IMG/VR virus record: IMGVR_UViG_3300025530_000275
Span: 1-64,000 of that record
Reading direction: 5' to 3' (one strand)
Length of the DNA: 64,000 bases
Origin: a virus
Shown: in pieces, positions 48,919 to 58,765 of the stretch
Layout: every line of letters begins with the position of its first letter
How positions within the stretch are numbered: position 1 is the stretch's first letter
Notes under the pieces: model-generated
What the model was told of the DNA's origin: nothing
Database searches by the model: none
What the model saw: the letters and a program-made list of their open reading frames with translations, nothing else
Program-made: the position numbers and the translations under genes

Positions 48919-49368
48919 TCAAAATTTCCCATTAAGATATTTTACAACTTCATCAAGAGTTTTACACCATTTTGCACCATTAGATTGAACCATCATACCT
49001 ACTGAATTTAAAGAGCTTATTTGGTGATCATTAAATTTTAATTCTTTACCTTTAACATTATCAGTTAATAAATAGCAAAAAATTGTTTTATTAGGACGTT
49101 TGTTACTATCGTCAACTACTTCAGCTATGCTATAAACACCAGACATGGCTGGTGTTATTACATAAAGAAGATAGTCTGCAATGGATCTCATTTCAATTTC
49201 TTTTTGTTTGCATTCATCTGTCCAATTATCTACTATAGGATTGAAGTAATCTATTTTGAGTTCAGGTATAATTTTGTCTCTCCAAGTAGAACCATTGGCT
49301 GTTCCACCAAGAAAAACCAGCTTCTTCCTACCTGAGATCTTTTCAAAAATATCTGTAAACATGATCAA
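48919..49368 (-). CDS. Nucleoside 2-deoxyribosyltransferase-like protein
   Basis: VFLGGT..STWR..YFNP.V.NW...ADYLLYVIT..GVYSIAEV. Confidence 0.75.
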   Translation of the reverse strand: MIMFTDIFEKISGRKKLVFLGGTANGSTWRDKIIPELKIDYFNPIVDNWTDECKQKEIEMRSIADYLLYVITPAMSGVYSIAEVVDDSNKRPNKTIFCYLLTDNVKGKELKFNDHQISSLNSVGMMVQSNGAKWCKTLDEVVKYLNGKF

Positions 49369-50360
49369 AATAACATAATGTCTTCTGGGGTTAATTTAAC
49401 TTTAGATTCAATTTCAGCTTGCTTCTCACCTTTTTCATAGGTGAATGCAAACTTGTCTGATAGTTTGGTAAGCTTATCAGCAAACCATTTTTGGATTTTA
49501 TACGTTCTACTATCTTTACTTACGCCTTTATTTCTCAAGGCCTCAAGATTGCCATTAATCAAATTTGCCTGAATTGCAAACGCTTCGCTTAATTGCAATC
49601 TTGTATAATAGAAGAGATAAATCAGTTCTTTTACGATAGGAATAAATTTGAGGAGGGCAATGATACCAAAAATAATGAGTCCGGTCGTCAACGCTACGGA
49701 CTCGCTGATAGGACGCGCATTTTGTTTCATATAAAGCTGCATTGCTTTGTCGAACGTTCCGTTTTCTACTTGTTCATTAAAGCGTTTCAGAGCATCGATC
49801 ATAAGATAACTATTGTGTCTTCTATATTTATTATTAATAATGATATCCACATTTTCGGTAGTTTTAGACTGATCTCCACTGAGGCCTGCATTGATAAAGT
49901 CCACAAGAACTGAGATCATCAACGAAGTAGCGCAATATACGGCCATTGTGAGAAGATTGTACGTCATTATAATAGGGGAATTCTTCCGAACAAACCCTGT
50001 ATAGAAAGTATCCTCATATTTGATGATATTATCTACTGCTTTCGAGATAATACCAATTTCAGGGATGTTTTGTTTCGAGTCTTTTGCAATATTAGACAGA
50101 AGTTCCAAAGATGATACGAGGTTGTCATACTCCCTCATATTTCTGATTTTACCCATTGACTTTGGAATCATTTCGAAGTTTATAGACTTATAGCGCTCCG
50201 CAATGATTATATAGATTTGGTCAATGAGTCCTTTGCTTATTGAGACTTTATCAGCCTCAGTAAGAGTCATATATTTGTGCATAGTAAGAGAACCAGAGTA
50301 ATTCTCTTTAATCAACGAGTATAGATCGAGTTCCTCTCTTGTGAGATGCATTATATTCAC
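49365..50360 (-). CDS. Hypothetical virion protein with hydrophobic segments
   Basis: LTEA and ISES sites; VALTTGLIIFGIIALLKFIPIV. Confidence 0.7.
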   Translation of the reverse strand: MNIMHLTREELDLYSLIKENYSGSLTMHKYMTLTEADKVSISKGLIDQIYIIIAERYKSINFEMIPKSMGKIRNMREYDNLVSSLELLSNIAKDSKQNIPEIGIISKAVDNIIKYEDTFYTGFVRKNSPIIMTYNLLTMAVYCATSLMISVLVDFINAGLSGDQSKTTENVDIIINNKYRRHNSYLMIDALKRFNEQVENGTFDKAMQLYMKQNARPISESVALTTGLIIFGIIALLKFIPIVKELIYLFYYTRLQLSEAFAIQANLINGNLEALRNKGVSKDSRTYKIQKWFADKLTKLSDKFAFTYEKGEKQAEIESKVKLTPEDIMLF

Positions 50361-50365
50361 CCCTC

Positions 50366-51484
50366 TTAGACACGTCCCATTGCGCGAATCATCTCACGCA
50401 ACGTTTTGTCTTGGTTGTTTGCTTCTCGTTCCAGTGTCCTATATGGATATTCTTGAAAATCCGGATAGGCATCAAACATCACGTATGCGATTTCATTTGT
50501 TTGGTCTAGAATTGTAAATCCTAAGAGATAGTATTGATTCATAATTTTTCTAGCTTCCTTGAATACATCAACGTCATATTGGTTTTTCAGAATATTGACC
50601 TCATTCATAGTCAATACAATGGTACCAATAGGTTTATAATTATCTGCTACTGTGCCCCATGCAAGCTTTGCAAGGCGCCGTCTGCGTTTAAATGCATCGA
50701 GCCATGGAGACTTAGTTCTGTTTAACAAGTCCTCTTTAATATTCGAAATTCCAAAAAGAAAATCAATCAAGGACTTTTGTTCACCAGAAATATATTTAAC
50801 GAAATTTAAAAATCCTTTACTTTGATGTATGCTTCCTACAATATCCTTTACTAATACTTGAGTAGGCACTTTATGCATAACTGCTTTAATATGAACAGGA
50901 ATTTCTACAGTTGTATCCTTTACATTCAAAGGAATGATAACCGTAGTAGGAAGAACTTCATTTGCCTTTTTCCATTCATGGTCAACAGTAGCAGTTGCCG
51001 ATTGAGAAGCTGCCTTTTTCTTTTGAGCATGAATGTCAGCCTTTTCTACAGAAACTTTTGATCTCAAATTTTCTACAAATTCTTTAGCTGCATTATTTTC
51101 ATTTAAAATACCATAATTAATTCTCTCGGAAGCCGCTTCTAATTTAATACTAACTGAGCCGATATTGGCCGGTACACCAATATTCTGATGCACTTTAGAG
51201 AGATGTTCCTTGATGCCATACTCACTGTTTGACATATCCACAAAGGGAATGAGGGAAAATGCAGTTCTCGTGAATACAGCATAGTTCCTTTCAAACATCT
51301 TCATCAACATCATGAGTTCATCAGATGTAAGCTGCTCCGAGCAGGCAATAGGGAAAAAGTACGTAGATTCCGTGGATGCTTGTGATAGAGACTTAAACCT
51401 TTGCGTAAGAGTAATCTTCTTTGTCTTCAAAATGTTATCTTTAATAATTTTCCTACCGAGCATAATGATATCCTCGATAAACAT
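50366..51484 (-). CDS. Hypothetical protein, late and probably structural
   Basis: 372 aa; GGAGGGAG RBS; late motif 51525-51536. Confidence 0.7.
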   Translation of the reverse strand: MFIEDIIMLGRKIIKDNILKTKKITLTQRFKSLSQASTESTYFFPIACSEQLTSDELMMLMKMFERNYAVFTRTAFSLIPFVDMSNSEYGIKEHLSKVHQNIGVPANIGSVSIKLEAASERINYGILNENNAAKEFVENLRSKVSVEKADIHAQKKKAASQSATATVDHEWKKANEVLPTTVIIPLNVKDTTVEIPVHIKAVMHKVPTQVLVKDIVGSIHQSKGFLNFVKYISGEQKSLIDFLFGISNIKEDLLNRTKSPWLDAFKRRRRLAKLAWGTVADNYKPIGTIVLTMNEVNILKNQYDVDVFKEARKIMNQYYLLGFTILDQTNEIAYVMFDAYPDFQEYPYRTLEREANNQDKTLREMIRAMGRV

Positions 51485-51592
51485 AAGAGACTACACTCCC
51501 TCCAATGGTGTTATAAATTATTATTATTAGTGTGTTCAGAAGAGATTAATAGATTTAATTTTTTAAGAAAAAAAATATCCCTTTCTTCTTTC

Positions 51593-51722
51593 GCAACCCT
51601 TTCGGGCTGCTACATGGCCTATATTAAATATTAAACGACCCAGTGTCTGCGTATGACTATTTTTTCGCATAGTGCGATAACATGAAGGTGCCCAGACCAA
51701 GGATTGTTTAATATTTAATATA
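51593..51722. ncRNA. Candidate structured RNA element
   Basis: Perfect 17-bp closing stem 51620-51636/51706-51722 with nested stems, plus a GCAGCCC-GAAA-GGGTTGC hairpin on the minus strand. Confidence 0.45.
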
Positions 51723-51950
51723 TTAAGAACTAAAAATCCTTATAAGCTCCCTGATAAGCTTAGCCGACTTTCCAACTTTATTATCGGCCAATGCAACAAG
51801 GTCTAAGAGTTCATTCGCAACTGCTCCTACTTTCTTAAATGTAGCAAGTCGTCGCGTGACACTCTTTCCTTTATAATCAGCTATCTGGGAGACCTTTTTG
51901 AGTTGCTCAAATTTTTCGGCATCGAAAACGATTTTTAACAATATTATCAT
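51723..51950 (-). CDS. Small hypothetical protein, putatively early
   Basis: AAAGGA RBS; early motif at 51974-51987. Confidence 0.6.
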   Translation of the reverse strand: MIILLKIVFDAEKFEQLKKVSQIADYKGKSVTRRLATFKKVGAVANELLDLVALADNKVGKSAKLIRELIRIFSS

Positions 51951-51973
51951 TCCTTTCTATTTTCTTCTACTAA

Positions 51974-51987
51974 AATAATATATAATT
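51974..51987 (-). promoter_or_regulatory. Putative early promoter
   Basis: AATTATATATTATT. Confidence 0.65.
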
Positions 51988-52028
51988 GATTCTTTCTTGG
52001 CTCAATTCTGATACAAATATGTATTGAA

Positions 52029-52040
52029 AACACCAAAATA
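52029..52040 (+). promoter_or_regulatory. Putative late promoter
   Basis: AACA CCAAAA TA. Confidence 0.65.
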
Positions 52041-52045
52041 ACCGT

Positions 52046-53164
52046 ATGAATAATAAAGGAAAGGAGTTGCTTAAATACATGTCACTCACATGGTCCAGTC
52101 TTATACAGGCTAGAAGAGGGATTTCTGCTACTGAATTTGAAAGACGACAAGATGAGAGAGCATTAATAGGAACCCACTCATCAAATCCATGGTATCAAAT
52201 GGAAATGTTTAATAGATATAACCTGCCACAAGGATTTCAATGGCCAGGTGGATTAAGAGGGCATATTTTCTTCACCAGGCCCGATTGCAACATAGTAGAT
52301 CTTGAAAATAAAGCTCTTCCTATAAGAGAGAAGCTTAGAGGAAGATCGGGATTTATTTCATTCCTCGAAGAAGATGTAGATAACGTTGAAAGTATTAAGA
52401 ATCCTGTAAATAAAGTAGTAATAAAACAATTGCAGCATAATACTGGACATCCAAGCGCATTCATGCCAGTGTTTTCAAATACATTTAGAGGGTACACACC
52501 TGAAGATCAAACTCTTGACACGGTGGAAAAAGGTGATACCTTACATGGAATTCGTCTAGTATATGCAAAGCATAGTATGAATTCTAGAACCTCTGGGACG
52601 TTTACTCTGACATTTCAAGATTTAAGAGATTTCCCAGTATATAAAACATTGTGTTTATGGACTGATTATATAGAAGCAGTATTTTTGGGCGACCATTCTC
52701 CAAATGAGTACTATATTAAATCTGGTATTATAGATTATGCAGTTGCTATGTACTATATAGTAACTAGAGATCATGTTGGGCCTGAAGTTGAAGCCTCAAG
52801 AGGAATTCTAAATAAAGGCGCATTAGAAATTGTATATTGGGAAAAACTTCTTGGAGTATTTCCTATTACAAGACCTGATAGTTCTTTTGCGACTGAAACC
52901 AGTAGATTCACTTATCCGGAATTTTCTGTGCAGTTTAAATATTCTATAAAAAGCAAATCTAGCATTCTTGATCCTTATGTCTTATCTGAATTGAATAGTT
53001 TATCCGCATTGCACCATAGGAAACCTAAAACTATAGCAGATAATTCTTTTAATGTCGGAGACGGTTGGACCGATACTGGTCATCCGTTTGTGAGCAACCC
53101 TATAGTGCAGAAATATAATGGTAAATTCTTTCTGAGTTGGAATATACATGATTCAGCAATTTAA
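52046..53164 (+). CDS. Tail-tube-fold baseplate/tube initiator protein (start probably 52079)
   Basis: GTFTLTFQD...W..YI...DYA...LLGVFP...FSVQFKY pattern of gp19/gp54-like proteins. Confidence 0.6.
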   Translation: MNNKGKELLKYMSLTWSSLIQARRGISATEFERRQDERALIGTHSSNPWYQMEMFNRYNLPQGFQWPGGLRGHIFFTRPDCNIVDLENKALPIREKLRGRSGFISFLEEDVDNVESIKNPVNKVVIKQLQHNTGHPSAFMPVFSNTFRGYTPEDQTLDTVEKGDTLHGIRLVYAKHSMNSRTSGTFTLTFQDLRDFPVYKTLCLWTDYIEAVFLGDHSPNEYYIKSGIIDYAVAMYYIVTRDHVGPEVEASRGILNKGALEIVYWEKLLGVFPITRPDSSFATETSRFTYPEFSVQFKYSIKSKSSILDPYVLSELNSLSALHHRKPKTIADNSFNVGDGWTDTGHPFVSNPIVQKYNGKFFLSWNIHDSAI

Positions 53165-53183
53165 AGAAAGGCGGGATAGATAA

Positions 53184-56100
53184 ATGATTCTAAGCTCGGA
53201 TGTAATCAATAAAATTATTGATGATATCGCACCGAAGTATTTTGATGATGATTTTGATGAAATATCTAAAAACCGAATTGGTATTTTTGGTATGGTTGCT
53301 GAAACAATGGCAACCCTTTATGAAAACTCTATTGTCAATAATGCAATTAAAGCCAGAGAGCGTCTTACCATAACTGCGTCAAAAAGCACTCTGATGCAGG
53401 AAGCATCTAGCTATCCTGAATTAGTTATACCTGGTGCAAATCCTGCTACTATAAATGTAAGTATCGGTGTTCCTATAAATTATCTCGAATCCAGATTTAT
53501 GATTGACTCATTTAACGTAAGGTTTGTGCTTCATAAAGATACCCTAATTACTATTTCAGGTTTCCCGTTCATGCTTCCTTACACTGTTAATATCATTGGT
53601 CGGAAAGTAAATAACCAATTTGTATATAGTGCCCAATATACATTGGATGGAGAGAACCCAATTTCGAATATTTCTAACCCGTTTTTGATAACTCAAAACC
53701 TTATGCTTAACGGAGAGAGATATCTCTTCTTTAATACAAACCTTATGCAAGTAAGTAAAAAATATGATAGCTACAATATAACTGAAACTGAACGAATCCC
53801 GCTTCAGGGAATCGAATTCACATATGACGATCAACTTGTATTCTTCAACGTATTTTATAGAGATAATGATAACTCTGAATTTGAAATGGTGGAGAAGTAT
53901 TATTACACTACTAAGATTGTAAATACGGGAAATAGATATATATTTTATAATGACACCGAAGATGGGAAGATTCGTCTTTCTATTCCGGAAGATTTCGATT
54001 TCACGTTTAATGGTGAGCTGAGAATTGATATATATACGACTAAAGGAAAAGCTGCGAATTTCACTTATAATGGCGGGACGATTGAAATATCCCCTCAATC
54101 ATATCTTAATCAGATTGACTATACCGGAAGCTACTTCCAGTTTGTCGTAGTGTCTGACTCAACCGGTGGAACGGATTCTCTCACTACTGAGGAAATAAGA
54201 GAAAGAATAATTAATTACAAATCTACGTTAAGATCAATTGATACTGAAAATGATTTGAATAAATATTTTAGAGAAATCGACAGAACAAACAATACCATCT
54301 TTATTAAGAAAAGAATTGATATCTATGAAAAGAAGTATACTGCATTTATGATAATGCGGGATGAAGATTCTAATATTATCAGTACCAACTCACTCGATGG
54401 GCTTATAAAATCTTCGGATATAAATGTTCATTATCCTCAAACTTCTCGTAGGATAGTTTATCCTTCTACTGCTTATTCATTAATGGATGGAGAGAGATTT
54501 AAGATAGAGAAGAATGATGAAATCTATAGGAAAATAAAAAGAATAAGACTGAGACTGACTGGGAATACTTTGGATAGTTATTCGAGGCTAAGGGAAATTG
54601 ATATACGTGATATGTATTCTAATAGATTAGATAGCACAGACTTTGTGTTTTCGCAAGGGGCCAATAACTCTGGTTCTTTGGATCTCGACCCTGAAGAAAT
54701 CGAAAAGGCTTTTGATGGTGACGGATCTACTTATTGGGTTATTGGTGACACTGAATATAATGGAGATGCTGAAAAATTTAGTGAGGTTATACTTACTTTA
54801 AATGAACCAACCCTCCTTTCGTTTATAACCATGGGAACTGCATATGATGAAGTTACAGAATATATCATGGGCTCAATTGAAGTTCAATATGAAGACCAAG
54901 CGGGAACTAATCCTGATGGTTCTGACGGAACTTGGGTTGAAATAATAACCCCTAGGAATTTTGTAATTAAAGAAATAGGAAATCCTCAGGGTAATACATT
55001 TAACGAGGTCGTGCCATTGAGGCGGAATAATAATGCAATTTTATCATATGAAGAGAATGCAGATAAATTCCTCTTTGCATGTCCATACTTAATGGTTATC
55101 AATGAAGATCCCCCTTCTACATCATTTTACCTGAATAGTGTAGATAGTGAACATACGCTGACTATCAGTTATTCGAATATTAATGCACCTATACAATTTA
55201 TTATTAACAGATTTAGAATTTCTAGAAATGCCATTGATAATGAATTTGCATATAAAATGAATTTCAATATAGTCCCTGCAAGTGAACTTCCTGAGGGAAT
55301 TGTAGATGAAGATGGGAATATAATTAGTTGGGATGCAATACGCATCTATGGTTTTGTATACTCGCCGACAGATGAAACCGATATTGTCGGATATTTTCCT
55401 ATGAATATTACTTCTTATAATAAGAATGAAAACTATTTCACAGTAACATCTGAACTTAGGACTGACGACTATATTACCCTTAATGATGAATTACGCATAA
55501 GAGATACTGTATATGCGAGGGGAACAGAGGAAGTTTTCGACTATATAACTCCTCTCAATAATATAAAAATAGGTATAGCGGTTTATTACAATGATGGTGA
55601 ATATAATGACAAAGGGGATTATGAATCCATAATTCCTGGACTGGATTCATATGGTCTTCTTAATATTTATACTAATGAATTCGATAAAGTCACTTTCATG
55701 ATTAATATGACTAGACTTGTTCAATCTGTAGTCAACTTTGTCCCAGATGAAGTTAACAGTGGGGTCATAAATTTTGATATAAAACAGATTCCGCTAGTAC
55801 GATATAGCGAGCTAAGGTCAAATTTTGATAGAATTTCTAATGTAATTATGAGAACCAATACAGAAATGAGATCTCTCTTGAATCAAATCAAAAACAACTC
55901 ATCTATCGATTATAAATTCTATGCCACATATGGAAAATCCAGATTCTTTAAGATGGAAAATACTAATGTGGATCTCGATCGTTTGGATATTAAGATGAGG
56001 TTCAGGGTTCGTATTCTTTCAACTAGAACTGATAATACTCTTATAGCAGACCTTAAAGCATTTATCAAACCTCTCATCGAAAGCATAAACGTTTCAAGCA

Positions 56101-56348
56101 TGAATATAAATCAAAGCATTTACTTCTCTAACATCATAACTCAAGTAGAAAACGAGTTTAAATATAGACAAGATAGAATACTGGCATTCGAACTTCGTCA
56201 AGTTAATGAATATGATACTTTATATCAATCTCTTATAAATACAACTCCTGATCTTGAAACTATGACTAAAGAACAATTACTACAATTTATACCTGAATTC
56301 GTAAAACTTGATATCAATAAAATCGAGATCGAAGTAATTCCTGTATAG
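53184..56348 (+). CDS. Baseplate wedge protein (gp6/J-like) with inserted discoidin-like domain
   Basis: IYTTKGKAANF...STGGTDSLTTEEIR...IDTENDL signature. Confidence 0.7.
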   Translation: MILSSDVINKIIDDIAPKYFDDDFDEISKNRIGIFGMVAETMATLYENSIVNNAIKARERLTITASKSTLMQEASSYPELVIPGANPATINVSIGVPINYLESRFMIDSFNVRFVLHKDTLITISGFPFMLPYTVNIIGRKVNNQFVYSAQYTLDGENPISNISNPFLITQNLMLNGERYLFFNTNLMQVSKKYDSYNITETERIPLQGIEFTYDDQLVFFNVFYRDNDNSEFEMVEKYYYTTKIVNTGNRYIFYNDTEDGKIRLSIPEDFDFTFNGELRIDIYTTKGKAANFTYNGGTIEISPQSYLNQIDYTGSYFQFVVVSDSTGGTDSLTTEEIRERIINYKSTLRSIDTENDLNKYFREIDRTNNTIFIKKRIDIYEKKYTAFMIMRDEDSNIISTNSLDGLIKSSDINVHYPQTSRRIVYPSTAYSLMDGERFKIEKNDEIYRKIKRIRLRLTGNTLDSYSRLREIDIRDMYSNRLDSTDFVFSQGANNSGSLDLDPEEIEKAFDGDGSTYWVIGDTEYNGDAEKFSEVILTLNEPTLLSFITMGTAYDEVTEYIMGSIEVQYEDQAGTNPDGSDGTWVEIITPRNFVIKEIGNPQGNTFNEVVPLRRNNNAILSYEENADKFLFACPYLMVINEDPPSTSFYLNSVDSEHTLTISYSNINAPIQFIINRFRISRNAIDNEFAYKMNFNIVPASELPEGIVDEDGNIISWDAIRIYGFVYSPTDETDIVGYFPMNITSYNKNENYFTVTSELRTDDYITLNDELRIRDTVYARGTEEVFDYITPLNNIKIGIAVYYNDGEYNDKGDYESIIPGLDSYGLLNIYTNEFDKVTFMINMTRLVQSVVNFVPDEVNSGVINFDIKQIPLVRYSELRSNFDRISNVIMRTNTEMRSLLNQIKNNSSIDYKFYATYGKSRFFKMENTNVDLDRLDIKMRFRVRILSTRTDNTLIADLKAFIKPLIESINVSSMNINQSIYFSNIITQVENEFKYRQDRILAFELRQVNEYDTLYQSLINTTPDLETMTKEQLLQFIPEFVKLDINKIEIEVIPV

Positions 56349-56357
56349 TAAAATATG

Positions 56358-56393
56358 AAAACTGTATAGGATTTGAATATCCTATACAGTTTT
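56358..56393 (+). terminator. Intrinsic terminator
   Basis: AAAACTGTATAGGAT/ATCCTATACAGTTTT. Confidence 0.8.
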
Positions 56394-56406
56394 CTTTTGT
56401 GGTTTA

Positions 56407-56418
56407 AACACATCTATA
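56407..56418 (+). promoter_or_regulatory. Putative late promoter
   Basis: AACA CATCTA TA. Confidence 0.65.
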
Positions 56419-56453
56419 AGGAAATCCAATATTAAGTAGGGAGGAAATAGCAA

Positions 56454-58724
56454 ATGTTCGATTTTTCAGAATTCGCGTTGCAAGATAGCATTGCGAACTA
56501 TAATCGGAAAATGATGCTTGAGTCAGAAAAAGCTGCAATTCAATCTCGTAAACGTCTGATCGAGAGTATTGTCGACACATTGGTCCATGAGTATGATAGG
56601 ACCTACAATACGGAAGCATCTAGAGTTATTGATAGAAAGTTCATCAGGGAAGGTGCGGTGATTCATATTGTCAAGGAAGCTGTTTATAGTATCTTCGAAT
56701 CCGCACTTCTTATTGATGAATCTGTAAAGGCTCAGTATAAAGATAATATTAAGATGATTTTCGAAAATTATTTCTACCAAATTCTTAAAGAGAGTAATAT
56801 TAAAACGCTTTCTCAATTTAAGCAATATGTAAAAAATTCGCACAAACTGTTTGAGAATGTTATCGAGCGCGCAGAGAAACTCGTTGAAATCAATGAAAGT
56901 GTGTATAATGAACTGCTTGAAACCACGTATAATAGCACGTCTCTGGATAATCTTATCATAGAGGCTGCTAATGCGGCAGCAGATCCTGAGACCCCTATTG
57001 ATGATAAAGTTGCCAAAGCGCGGGCAATGGTTGATAAGCTCAGTGAAGACTTTAGAAGATTTACTCTTGAACAGCGATTTGCCTCGGCGCATAAATTGAT
57101 TCAGGCTGCCATCATTATTCTCAAACTCGGCGTAGCGTTTGATAAGATATGGTACTCTCTTCTTGATAAACTCCTCTCCGTTGTCAACACTATATTTGGA
57201 CGAGAGTCTACCGAAAGCTTAAAAGAGAAATTGATGCGTAAGACGCTAAAAGAAGTTGATAATTACTATTATGTGGCAATCGACGTTGCAATTACTCTCA
57301 AGAAGCTGCAAAAGAAATTCCCTCCGGATTCTAAAGATTATATCAAGCTCGGAGATAGGATTGCTTCTATTTATAAGGCAATTGTAATAATAAACGATTA
57401 TCGACAAGAACTTATTGCTAAGTCTCAAAACAAGCCTCTTAAAGAAATGACTATCGCTGAGTTCATCACGGAATCTGATTCTGTTATTATGGATACATCT
57501 GCTAGGGATACTGTAATTGATGGGATTAAAGAAAAGCTTAATTCTACGATTGCAGATTTCGATCCATACGATGCATTAGAAAATCTTCAGCTTGTAAATA
57601 AAATCGTAGCAGAACCTCTTTATCAGCAAACATTTGTAACCCAAGGAAATTCGGGCTCGAATGTTGTCCTTGTTATTATCAAGGCACTGAAAACTCCTAA
57701 TATTCCTGATAAACTGAAAGCTCAATTTATTAAAGAAGCAAGAACTTTCAAACACAACTTGGACTCTGTGATTGAAACTGCTCGTAAGAGTGGTCGACAT
57801 GAACAAGTTCCTAGTTTGGTTAAACAAAGTAAGCGCCTCGAATCTTTCTTAGATCAATATGAAAAGAAAGGATACTTTGATACCAAGTTGGTTAGAGAAA
57901 GTATTTCCCCTCTTCTTTCCATTGACCATAAAGTTGGAATGGATGTGCTTGCATCTAATATCGCTGAAGCTACACAGTTCATTCTTCTCTACGAAACTAC
58001 TCCTGGAGATCTTGAATACATCACGCAAATGGTGAATGAAGCCGACGACCATGATCCTGATACGAAAGAGGATCTGAAAAATCTTTCTAAAATTATTAAA
58101 GAAGAAATTGATGACGATTCTGCGTCCGAGGATCTCTTAAAGGAAAGCTTGAAGCTGGAATCTGCCATTTATGAGAAACTTTACATGAATAGACCTGAAG
58201 GAATTTCTGAGGCTGCTGGCAATGAACTCAAGAAAGGGAAATATCCTAAGTTTGAGGACTTTATTGATGCTGACGAGAAAGAACTCATTGCGCACATCGT
58301 ATCAGCATCTGGTAAAGATAAAGTTGTTGATATTATTAAAGCTAAAATTATTAATGTGATTGAAAATGAGGAGAAAAAGATGGAAAAACTTGAGGAAGAA
58401 GAGCATAAGCTAATCTCAAGACTTTCTAAAAGATCTCCTGAAGGGGAAAAAGAGCTTCAAGAAGCTGTTAGGGCTGGTCTTGGCAGAATCAATGTCCCGA
58501 GAACTCTCTTTGAGTCGATTGTAATGAATCGTTCTAAAAAATATATTCAGGAAGCAGTTTCTCTTGGAACTGGTTTTGATATTGATATGCATAAAGAAAC
58601 TATTATGGGCGAAGCGATTACACTGTATACAATTCATGAAACTTTTAATACCCTTTATTTCGGAGGGTACAACCTCTCTAAGATCAATAAACTTACGGTT
58701 GATTACTATAATGGAAAAATTTGA
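56454..58724 (+). CDS. Large helical virion (head) protein, probably proteolytically processed
   Basis: Many hydrophobic-x-E-S/A sites (MLES, LIES, INES, IIEA, ITES, VRES, ISEA, LQEA, IQEA). Confidence 0.65.
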   Translation: MFDFSEFALQDSIANYNRKMMLESEKAAIQSRKRLIESIVDTLVHEYDRTYNTEASRVIDRKFIREGAVIHIVKEAVYSIFESALLIDESVKAQYKDNIKMIFENYFYQILKESNIKTLSQFKQYVKNSHKLFENVIERAEKLVEINESVYNELLETTYNSTSLDNLIIEAANAAADPETPIDDKVAKARAMVDKLSEDFRRFTLEQRFASAHKLIQAAIIILKLGVAFDKIWYSLLDKLLSVVNTIFGRESTESLKEKLMRKTLKEVDNYYYVAIDVAITLKKLQKKFPPDSKDYIKLGDRIASIYKAIVIINDYRQELIAKSQNKPLKEMTIAEFITESDSVIMDTSARDTVIDGIKEKLNSTIADFDPYDALENLQLVNKIVAEPLYQQTFVTQGNSGSNVVLVIIKALKTPNIPDKLKAQFIKEARTFKHNLDSVIETARKSGRHEQVPSLVKQSKRLESFLDQYEKKGYFDTKLVRESISPLLSIDHKVGMDVLASNIAEATQFILLYETTPGDLEYITQMVNEADDHDPDTKEDLKNLSKIIKEEIDDDSASEDLLKESLKLESAIYEKLYMNRPEGISEAAGNELKKGKYPKFEDFIDADEKELIAHIVSASGKDKVVDIIKAKIINVIENEEKKMEKLEEEEHKLISRLSKRSPEGEKELQEAVRAGLGRINVPRTLFESIVMNRSKKYIQEAVSLGTGFDIDMHKETIMGEAITLYTIHETFNTLYFGGYNLSKINKLTVDYYNGKI

Positions 58725-58732
58725 TGCAAAAG

Positions 58733-58765
58733 GTGAAGGATAGGGAATAGTTCCCTATCCTTCAC
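58733..58765. terminator. Bidirectional terminator
   Basis: GTGAAGGATAGGGAA/TTCCCTATCCTTCAC between convergent genes. Confidence 0.85.

Noticed and set aside
51593-51722. Hammerhead ribozyme, c-di-GMP riboswitch or tRNA
   Set aside because: No CUGANGA core, no convincing GEMM second stem and no T-loop or cloverleaf. No tRNA was recognised anywhere in the window.
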